This document shows, piece by piece, positions 41,159 to 60,196 of a DNA stretch of 64,000 bases (position 1 is its first letter; each line of letters opens with the position of its first letter). The notes under the pieces were generated by a model. It did no database searches. It saw only the letters and a list, made by a program, of their open reading frames with translations, and had not been told where the DNA came from. Source of the stretch: Bugula neritina (lineage: Eukaryota > Animalia > Bryozoa); the NCBI GenBank assembly GCA_964035545.1, contig OZ037766.1:9662722-9726721 (forward strand), read 5' to 3'. Made by a program: the position numbers and the translations under genes.

Positions 41159-42849
41159 TAAATTATACAGTAGTTAAAAGGTTTCCTGCAGGGGTTATTC
41201 AACAGAAGCAAAGTTTGAGCTACTTTACCACAAGTCTTGGAGCATCTTGTGTTCCTAATAGAACTAAACATCTGGTGCATAGAATACTCAACTCCGCCAG
41301 CATTACTTATTATAGCAATCACGCCCCAACTAGTCATACTATTGTCATATATATTCATATTTGTATATGTATAGCTATTTTATTTTATGTACTTGTTAAT
41401 CTACTATTTACTTTTGAGTTGGCATGCAGTGCTAAACATGAGAAAGTTTTTATGTGGCTATACATTACTATTTTATGAAATATTTTGTGTTATGTTTGGT
41501 GACAATAAGCTTCATATATTCATACATTTATCATCGGACACAGACATTATATTTTTTTACTAATTTAACTTGCTATTAATTAGCAACTAAATTTTTACCT
41601 GAGTTTTGAATCAAGCTTCAAATGTCATTTTAGAAAGAAATTCTAAGATTGTCTCGTGCACTGAATTGTATACTATTTATTAAATGCTTCTCTACTTTTG
41701 TTGCTATGATAGTGTTATATAATATAATAGTCTCGTATGTGTATCATGTTGTAAGTCAGAAAAAAATTGCCTTATATTTGTCGATAAGAATATAATCCTT
41801 TATATTGAGGGATTATTTTCCTTTTGCATGCATTTTATGATAATTAATACACCTTTGTACAGTCAGATTTACTGTTTTCATAAAAGCATACAGTGTAATA
41901 TATTTTTTTAAAAGCATTGTATAGTGAAATTTGTTTTCTTGAAATATTCTGTTGGAATTGCTCGGAAACAGCATTCCAATCAAGAATAAACTAACCTGAA
42001 GATTTACATTAAATTTCTCAGAATCACAGATAACAAAAACTATTCCTAGCATAATTGTTATTGCAATCTTTTTGAAATGAAAACCTTAACAGTGACCAAC
42101 TTACTACACATGTGATTATGCTGTAAATAGTAACCATGCATTTGTCCAATTACCAGTTTGCAACAGAACTATAAAGTTGTCATTTGTTGAGCAATTCATG
42201 TGTTCTGAAAAGATAACTCCTCAAAGTCACAAATGAGAGTAATTCGGTAATATTGAATTACTAGATGCTTGCAGATCAAGGTAAAAACTGCTATATAAGA
42301 AAACATGTGTAGTATTAATATAATAAACTAGCTAAAGATAATATATATATATATATATAATGGTCAAAATTGGTAATTACATATAATATACAACATTCTC
42401 CCTTATAATTGTAAGAATATATTTAAACTCATACTGGAAACTATATGAAAGTTGATGAACAATGAATTTTACTTTATATATAATGGGCCAGAATTTTGCA
42501 GATAATTTTATTTTTCTTCAACTAATGTTACAGTCATTAAGGTTTTGCCAAATTTTTTATAGTAACATGTAGAAACTGGATACAAGTTTATACAAAATAA
42601 GAATATAGTTAGGGCATATCATGGCTTTTAAGTATTTTTGCGATCAATTTAATTCGTATGCAATTGAATGATTTGTGTTTCTAATATGATGTACAAAGTA
42701 AATACTGAATAAAGTTACTTCATATATCTATATTCACATTGTATTCTAGAAATTATTCAAAGCACACTGAACTGTACCTACCAGAAGATGCATTAATTCA
42801 ATAAGTGTAAATAAATCATTGCTATAAATTTACTAAAACAGCTGGCTTA

Positions 42850-43193
42850 GCCTAGGGCCACACGGTGCGTATTTTCGCATGCGAAAATCAAAATTACAAG
42901 TAGCAAAGGTGTCCACTGTAGCGTCAGTGATGTGTGATAAATAAAGCTTTCATTTTTAAATCGCACTCGCTTTCAATAAAACGAAATTTACTGGAATGTA
43001 GCACTAAAATAAAGAAATTGGACTCGCTGAATAACTACCAGCCAATTAGGTGACGATGGCAGAGACGATTCGCACTCGCGTTGAAAATGCTGAGCGACAA
43101 GTGCGAATGTTTTCTCAACGCGCACAGTGGACACCTTTGCTACTTGTGATTTCAATTTTCGCATGCGAAAATACGCACAGTGTGGCCCTAGGC
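42850..43193. mobile_element. MITE, PIF/Harbinger(Tourist)-like, 344 bp
   Basis: ~70-bp near-perfect TIRs starting GCCTAGGGCCACAC.GTGCGTATTTTCGCATGCGAAAAT; TTA on both flanks. Confidence 0.9.
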
Positions 43194-45512
43194 TTACTGT
43201 GCATGAGGTGTTAAAATAATACAATTCATGCCTGTGTATACATGTGTGACATGCAACTTATACACATAACATTAATCAACTTTATGTTATTTGAAATTAG
43301 CATGCCATAACAGAAAAGATGAATGCAAGCATGTTCTCTATTTTAATACTTAATCATTCTTTTTTTGCTAAAAAGCACCTAAAACTTTGAGAGATTTCCA
43401 TAAACAGTACTATTATTAAAATTGGTCATTGTAAAAATAGAAAAGTGATGGCATACATTTATTGAAGTTCTAAATTGTATGCTTTGTTGCTTGCAAAAAT
43501 GTATGTACCTGACTGCTTGAGTAATCACAGGGTACGTTAGTTTAGCAAACAAGTGCGAGTTCTGAACATAACATGTTTCTCAACAACTTGATTATCAAAT
43601 AAAATTTTCTAGTCACTATTGAACATTCATTCTACATGCTAAAACCTTCCCATTGCTATTAACAAGATACAGATTAAGGAATTGGTTCAAAATTAGCTTA
43701 GGTGACAAATACCCATTGTATTCAGAAAAATCAATACTGAAGTATAGCTAAACTGTTTGCATATTCCTTCTAATACTGTGTAATAGTGTTGCTGCAAACA
43801 AGAAGTTTATATATATAAACTATTTTCATAAATAATATATCATGCTGGTGATATTTAGTTTCTATTGATTAACACGTCAACATAAGTGGATGAGGTAAGC
43901 ATTTAGCATTTAGCCTGCTAGTTGGAGTGAGCTGCTGTCACAGAAAAGCTTATAGATAAATATAAAGAATACATATAGCAGCTTTGACTAGTAGTAAAGA
44001 CACAATAATATTTGGTAAGACTTTGCAATGTACATCAGCTAAATGTTTATATTGCTTTAGTTTTCTCCTTCTATTGATAAATTCATACGAAGAAAATCTC
44101 TATTGTCGTTGTGTATGCTTTAATAGACTGCAGCCATTTTGCATGTTCCTTGTTATCAAACATTTCAATAGACTACATTCTTTACAAAGAATTGCGCTTA
44201 CCCATAAAGCCATGTTGCTACACAACATCAATTCAATTGCACTCATGATATTCTACTGTTTCTAACACTGTCTAAGTCTCCAGCAAGTCACCCATGTGTT
44301 GCCACATAAGAGAATTAATATTTGCAACTAACTCCGTATCTGAGCTTTAAAATATTGGTTTAGCAAAAAATATTTTGTTTTAGACTGAAAAGCTGACTAT
44401 ACAAAACTTATTTGAAAAAACTGAAGCTTGAATTGTAGTTGGAAAAATATTAGTGCAACAATCGGTAAGTATAAATCTACTTTAGTGTACTCTTAATCTT
44501 AAGTCTACTTATTACTTTAACACTTGAGAGTGATTTTATTTGTTGAAACTGAAATTAAAAAGAATTGCAATGAAAATGTGGCAAGTTTTGCACTGTACAC
44601 CTTATCAGTTTGTAAATCAGTGTGTAAAAACAGAATGAGTAACCTGTCAAACAAATCTTGTAGTTTTGATATATTATATCAAAGCATGTAGTAAAGGTTA
44701 TAGTATATAATACAATAATATTATGACAACATATGACAATGATTGTAATAACTTGCTGCTTTATGCTTTCTTGCTAAAGTCTATAATAATGATATATAAT
44801 GAGGATTGCTCAACAGCAAACAGTGAACCTAATATACATATCATTATAAGTGTTACATCAAAAGAATAGTAATAATAATCAATAATTCTGATGTCAAATA
44901 GCCAAGCTACTGTTTCTATAACACCTGACAAAACTTCTTTGGGTCTCTAATTTGCAATTTTGTTTGATTCCTACAAACTGCAAGTGATAAAAAACAAAAA
45001 TATTGAAATAATTATATGCTGAGGTAATGAGAACAAATTCCTGTGAAGTTTCAGCTTTAAATAGTGAGCATACTGGCCGATTTCTTTCAAACGTTACAAA
45101 CATTATTTTGATTAACCTAAAATAGATTTATATTGAACATATGTGTTGACACACATAAAATATTGTTATAATAATGCTTCTTAAAGCCATAAAGCAAAGC
45201 TTCTAATGTTTACAATAAGGCTGTTAGAATTAAAAACACATACACCATCTTCTAACAACTGTTAATATATTGGCTGTTTTGTACATAAAATGATACTTTA
45301 TTTGCATCAATTGCGTATCTTATATGTGATATGCAAGTGTACCTAAACTGTGAATTTAAGAATATAATTTCTACAGAACTTTTTTTTCAATGTAAAATCA
45401 GAATGGATTTTTGTTGAGTTATATTACAACATTATGTACCCAGTTTCTGACTGTTAAATTGTTCCCAAGGACTGTATGCTTTCCCTTTTCTAGCTGACCT
45501 TAAATTTAAAAT

Positions 45513-45745
45513 AAAAAACTCAAGTGAGTTTATAGCCACGATCCCTGCAAAAAATCCCTGATGGAAAAGGTTTTTTCAAAGCAGGCTAAAGGCTTTTTCT
45601 TTCCCGATGTATCACAACAGCAATTACGGTTGGATGCTCTTCCTAACATCACCAATGGTCTTTACTAAGATCAAACCCATGACTTCGAGTTTACTAAGCC
45701 AACCTTCTGAACTCTAAAGTCTAACTCCTAGACCACAGCTGCTCC
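45513..45745 (-). mobile_element. tRNA-derived SINE, copy 1
   Basis: Homologous to 53014-53230; minus strand begins GGAGCAGCTGTGGTCTAG, B-box-like GGTTTGATC, core TTGGTGATGTTAGGAAGAGCATCCA. Confidence 0.8.
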
Positions 45746-45882
45746 TTGACTTTGGATATACGTACAATATGACCCAAAAGTTTTGTACTTCTGCTGTAGG
45801 CTTACAGATGTGGCATAATATTTAGCTATGAACAGAAGTTAGATTACTCCAACTTTCATCTGTAAAACCTGGATAGAATACC

Positions 45883-53775
<7,893 letters not shown>

Positions 53776-54042
53776 ATCTTTCCAACTGTATCATAAGCAT
53801 ATTATGTAATGAAGAGTTGCCATGTTTATCGAGCTATTTTACCTTCATTTATTAAAACCCCTTCCTCATAGCATAACGTTAGATGCATATAATGTAATAA
53901 GCAGTAAGGATGTGTGTTGAGTTTTTATTCTTAATATTTTTTTATAATAAACATAATTAGTATAATATGCAACACATGGGACAGTATTAGTTATCCAATA
54001 AGCATAATTAAGACATAAAAAATTCAAATAGAAGTAAAATGG

Positions 54043-55069
54043 TTACCTCTCAGCAACTACAGCTTCATCCCATGGGCCATATAAATTGTTCTTAATGGGT
54101 TGAAGGTGAATTAAAAAATACGGACAAACAAATGTTATAAAAAGAAAAAGGACAACAATCATCATTGCCAACGTTACAGTTTGGGTAGCAACCATATACA
54201 CAGACAATAAGAACAAACTTATAGACAAGAACAGATTTGAATATGGCCGAAGGTGCAATTTTAAATATCTCCTCAAGCTGGGCAACACATCAAACAGCAA
54301 CACAGAGAGCACTATTAATGAATAGCCTTGAAATAAGTGACTAAGCCTGGAGGCAAGGCAAACTGTTGCAAAAATACCAGCATTAAATGAGACAACTCCT
54401 TCATTAGAAAAGTTTAGCTGGTATATGTAGTTATGAGATATGAGGTGTACTAGCAACATTACAGTTGCCATAGCATAAATGGTGTCCGTAGAGATTGTAT
54501 CGGTGAGTGACATGAGCACGGGAGACAGGACAAAAGAAGCAGTGCAGAATATTATAACTGCCTTCATATCAAATGCATTGGAGTCACATACTCTTCTTAC
54601 CATATAACACAAGCATAAAATTCCAATAGATATTAAATTCAACACATATGGATCTAGCAATGCTTGGTTTAAATATATAAAACACATAACGAAGATGATA
54701 ACAGAATGAATTTGCTGAGTTATGCAGCCTGTATGCATAAGTAGAGAGTAATAATCATAATCCCTAACGAATAAGTTCTTTCTCATCTCTGTTAAAAACG
54801 TAGTATCCACGTAGTTGTCTGGTACACCTTGATTTTCATACAGTATTTTTACCCAAGGTTTCTTTAGTTTAATGCTCTCTCCACTATCTTCACTAAAACA
54901 AGTTAAAAAAAAACTATGCTACATTAAACAAAACTGTATTAGAGAAATTGAAGTATTAAATCAATTGTCAAATGTTCATTAGTTGCATAAGTAAAGCATT
55001 ACTTATTAATTTACACTTTATTTCCTTCACATGGAGTACCTACCACAGTCTAGAAAACTCTCCATTCAT
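54043..55069 (-). CDS. PIGC: Phosphatidylinositol N-acetylglucosaminyltransferase subunit C (GPI2/PIG-C); exons 55069-55044 and 54892-54043, ~291 aa
   Basis: WVKILYENQGVPDNYVD, LSPVLMSLTDTISTDTIYA, SFNAGIFATVCLASRL, KNNLYGPWDEA; start exon MNGEFSRLC joins in phase via GTAGGT...TTTTAG. Confidence 0.95.
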
Positions 55070-55081
55070 GTTTAAAATGAT

Positions 55082-55650
55082 TTAGTTTTGTGTATTATTA
55101 ACAGGTGAGAATGCCTTATGTTTCTCTCCTTGTGCTTTAGCCTTTTCCTTAGCCTCTAGTTTTTTTATCAGATCCTTTCGCCGATTTCCAATAACATTAT
55201 TTCTGGCAGCAATAAAGGCAAACAGACCACTAGATACAACTATAGCCCTGCAAATAAAGCATTACTTACAGAGAACTGAACAACTCAATAAATGTATGGA
55301 TTCATCTCAAAATCACTTTTTAATACTTATGTCTTTAAATAATGTTAGTTGCACAAAAGAAACAAGAAATACTTTTACCCGGCACAGTTTGGATGCATTT
55401 TGAAAACATACAACAAATTTACGCAACTATTATAGGCACATGAAAATCATTTAGCTATTATGCAATGTACTATATGCCTAATGCTAATTTTAAAATATAA
55501 AAAACAAGTACCCATTCAATGAAGGGCACCTTGTCACTTATAATATTTGAAAGTGTTTAGCAAAATTTTGAAAATAACAGAAATCTGCTATACTAACCAT
55601 CCAATGTTCACCTTCGTCAGGGGTGACAGGCTCCGCAATTGTTTTAGCAT
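55082..55650 (-). CDS. 72-aa single-pass membrane microprotein, DUF4748-like; exons 55650-55598 and 55247-55082
   Basis: MLKQLRSLSPLTKVNIGWAIVVSSGLFAFIAARNNVIGNRRKDLIKKLEAKEKAKAQGEKHKAFSPVNNTQN*; phase-2 intron GTTAGT...TTGCAG; absent from the ORF track because it is spliced. Confidence 0.75.
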
Positions 55651-56629
55651 CTCATTGAGGGTAAAACACAACTATACCAGCCAAACACTAAATCAAAAAG
55701 TAATAACAATATAATTGATAGTAAACCATATTGCCCAAAACAATGTTTACTATAAAACTTTTAGAATACTCATATACCTGAAAGCAAAATCTTAAAAGAA
55801 CGTTGAATGATTGCATTATTGTCGATTGTAAGGAATTTGATAGATACTTTGAATGGGCACACACCAAAAAAGAACATTGGACACCTTCAAAATTACATGT
55901 AATCATATTAATTTCTACAGCTTTATGAAATTTTTTTACACTCTGTTGAATCTTTGTATCCTCTCACAAAAAGCTAACATCATATTACTTAAAAATGACT
56001 ATTGTCTTATCAAATTATAGATATATGATTTAAAATACCCTTTTAGATTTTGGAATGTCGAATGCCACCCTTACAGTTATGATGCAAATAGCCTACAGTA
56101 AGCAAAGTAAAAAAGTTGCATATATCATACAGTATACAGCCTTAAAGACATGGGATGAAGCTATAAAACTGGTGCTGGAGGATAGCTATTACTTATGTTC
56201 ATAGTATCAGATAATGTGGGTATGATAATTAATACTATAACAGTAAAAATTATGGAATATGGCGATAATTGTCAACTGCCAGTGTGAGTAGCATGATAGA
56301 CTCTTGAACCGCACAACTACAAAGTTTACAAATTCTGAAGGCCAGTTAAAACTTCAAAGTGAAAATCAAATACCGAAATTACAAACAGATAGAAATGCAA
56401 AACTAAAGCAAAGCTCAAAGAAAAAGTTTCGTAACTTATTAAATGTACTGAAATTGTAAATTATTTAAAATTAAACTAATGGTTACTGTGTTTCCAAATA
56501 TGAAATAACACTTAGGTTTAAACACTCAACAGCAATTGTAAGGCTAACAGACACAATGACACTTAACGCCAACAGTAACGTTATGTCAGTAACTTTACTC
56601 GCCTAATTAGTTTATTGATTTTAAATGTA

Positions 56630-59500
56630 TGTAATACTAATAATTGATGAAGTACTAACTAGAAGAGTAAGTATAATTACTACTATAGTGATAGTCTATA
56701 ACTAATAAGTGATAACGAATAATGTAAAACTACAAGTAGTAGTACATCTCAACAACTACAAGATGAACAGCAACTCTAAGAGTAGGTACTTGTAGTTGTA
56801 ATCGTAGCATGTGCAAAGCCAAATGCCAATGAATATCGCAAATATAAACTTAAAGTAAAGGTCGGAGATAAGAAAAATGTTATAAATATAATAATTATTA
56901 TTTATAATCATTATCATTATGATAATGATTATCATATTCATATTGAATATTCTACCAGAGTAAAAGTACGGTCATACTTATACTTTATAGTTATAGTTAG
57001 TGAGCTAAAGTAGCTTACATTTTTATTTTGATGCTTAGTAATAGTTTCAGCTTGAGTTACAGCTACATGAACCGCTTGAAAGCAACTAAATCTGAGTTAA
57101 GTAAGTGAGTTTGACTTTGAGTAAAAAAGTCACATTCAGTTTCACTGCTGAAGTCAAACTCAAACTAAAAAACTTGTAGACTAGTACTAGTACTAGTACT
57201 AGTAGTAGTAGTAGTACTAGTAGTAGTAGTACTAAAAGCAAATGCTACTACTACTACTAGTACTACTACTACTAGTTTTACTAAACTTGTTAATTTAAAC
57301 CAAGTTAAAGTTACAAACTACTCATGCTCAAACTTAGTTATTGGTACCGGCTCTGACAATTCACCCCCTGTAACATTCAAAATGAATAAAATTATGTAAT
57401 AATATTATATAAGTACAATTTGTTAAATGAAAACGACTAACTTCAATTCTACAGCACATTTAGATTTTAATATTTTGGATCATGATATTTACTGTGTGTA
57501 CACTATTTTCAGACTATTTTCATAGCCCAAAATCATGGAATGAATAAGGGTCTGTTTGCAAAATAGTTGTTACATTGCAACTATTATTAAGAAGATAACT
57601 CTATATGTCAGCGTTCTACTGAAATAGTTATCTTTCCACGTCAGTCATATTACCCAAGTTGTTAATATGAACACTTAATATCAATAATGGTTCACAGGCT
57701 AACTTTCAAAGATGGATGGCTGCATCACGTTGAGATATTATTTGCGATCACTCACACTGTCACTGTAATAGTAATAACTGATAAGCCATATACATGAAAT
57801 TTGATAACCTGGCTGCAAATTTAGAAAAAAACAATGCGTAGTAATTCATGCGATAGATTAAATTCTCTCAGATTGCTCTGCGTTTACTCTTTACATAATC
57901 AGTGATAATGATTATGATAATCATATCACTCAATCTCATAACTTATTCACTGTTACTGTTACACTTACACTTACTGTAACTGTTAGTGTTAGTGTTACAG
58001 TGTTAGACTTAGTGTTACAGACTAAGTTACACTGTTACTGTTAGTGTTACACTTACACTTAGTCTTACACTTACAGTTAGTCTAACTCAAAGTAACTGTA
58101 AGACTAAGTGTTACACTTACAGTTACTGTTACTGTTAGACTTAGTGTTACTGCAAAGTCAGGAAGTGTAAACTTATGCAAAATCAAAATGTAGGAACTAG
58201 GATCAGGATGGCCTGATGGGTGATGGCTCATATTTATTATTTATAATCATAGTAATAGTGATTTTGGTAGTGATACTCTAATAGTATGCTCATACTGGTA
58301 AGTGATACTGATAGTGATAGTCAAATTCAATGTCATAGTGATAGTCACTATCAGTATCATAATGATAATGATACTCATACTGTCATACTCATAGTCATAG
58401 TAGTAGTACTTAGTAGTCATAGTTATACTGATACTCGTAGTCATTGACTGGTCCAATGAGTTACACTTCGAATTACACTTACTCTTAGTCTTACAGTCAG
58501 TGTGAGTGTCACAGTTGTACTTAGTCATTGACACTCACACCGAGTCCAAGTTACTGTTATGCTTAGAGTTGGTGTCACTGTCAATGTGACTGCATGTGAA
58601 ACTGAGTGTGAGTGAAAGGAATAATTATAATATGAATAACTGATGATTGATGATCATGATAAATTCATTTAGATCATTTGATGAATGCTACTAATAAGTA
58701 ATAATGCTACTCTAATTCACAGTCATACCGTTAGCTACTGACTGAGAATCTGATTGACAGACTTAGTCATACTCATAGTGACTACTCGGATTAAAATTAA
58801 AGATAAATCTGTTTAGTATAATTTTAAGTATAAATTAAACTATAGCTAAAAGTAATAACAATAGTAATAGTATAAGTATAAGTACAATAATATTAATAAG
58901 ATTAATACTCAATATTAATAGTAATAATAATACTAATACTGTAATAGTGTAATAGTTATAGTAGTACCAACTCTAAGGCAATGCAATACTCAGTAGCCGA
59001 TAAGCAATAAATATAATTAATTAATTATAATAATAATAATTCTAATAGTAATACTAATAGTAATTAATGCTACCAATTATACTTATTGTGATAGTATTAC
59101 TATTACTATTATGGTGGTAGTAATACTAATAGTAATAGTAATGCTAATAGTAATACTAATACTTATAGAGTTATGGTGATAGAGTAGTACTAATAGTTAT
59201 AGTAAATGTAACAGTAATAGTTATAGATCCATTAATACTAATAGTAATATTAAGCCTAATTGCTAATGGAGTAATAGTGAAACTGAATCAAAGTTTTGTA
59301 CTGGGTCTTGTAGTTCTAGTAAAAGTTAGTAACTGTAATCCTAATATATATAGAATTAGAGTTACTTTTAGAGATTTTACTGATATTAATACTCATTGTT
59401 ATGAAATGGGTCAAGTGCGGTCGGCAGTATAAATACAATACTAGTAGTGTAGTAGTGTAGTGAAAGTCACAATACTTAGGCGTTAACTATGTCTTATACC
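56630..59500. repeat. Degenerate ACT/AGT/GTTAC/AAT microsatellite tracts in the divergent PIGC-DCAF1 interval
   Basis: TAGTACTAGTAG runs at 57180-57280, TGTTAC/ACACTT runs at 57940-58150, ATAGTC/ATACTC at 58250-58560, TAATAG at 58850-59280. Confidence 0.85.
57600..58220. promoter_or_regulatory. Presumed bidirectional promoter core for the microprotein/PIGC unit and DCAF1
   Basis: Head-to-head gene arrangement; AAGATGG (YY1-like, ~57709), CACGTCA (CRE-half-like, ~57637), CAGGAAGT (ETS-like, ~58159). Confidence 0.35.
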
Positions 59501-60196
59501 AGAAATAGGATGTATAATTAAGCATTAAGTTTAGTATAGTATTATAAATATCACTATACTTTATACCAAGTTACACTTACATTCGTAGTTATACTAAGTA
59601 CCAAGTATAACTGTTGTATAATATTTGCAGGGATACTATTAACCTGGAAGCAAAATCGATTATAATTTTTTTATGGGTATTCACTACGCATTCTTATTGC
59701 ATTGAAATTTAATCTCCTATTGCAAAGTCTATTCTTACACTTGTAGTTATTTTGATTTTTTATTTCATCTAACTTTTTTTCTAAATACCTAAGAGTAATT
59801 TAGTAATTTTTTTTAACATTAGTGTAGCTATAATTTGCTATCTGATTTGCTTTTTGATTTTAGACTGCATCGGTCTGTTTTTATCGATGCATTAAAGTGT
59901 TCGGCATGTCAAATGAAAAAAATTGCCTTTGGTTTTGAATCAGTTGATTAACTGAGTTGTTTTACTTGTTGCAAAAGCTACTCACCAGAATTATTGTTAT
60001 ATTGATTAGCAATGTACCAATTTCCAAATAGTTTTTTAAAATTTTCATTGATGAATCTGGCTAAATTCTTTTAACTTTTATCTAAATTATGCAAGTGAAT
60101 TTGTTGATAAGTTTGACCAAACCCATTATTGGATAGCTATTTTAACACTCCTATCGTTATATTTTAATGCGGTTGAAGGTGACGACGTTAACAAAC

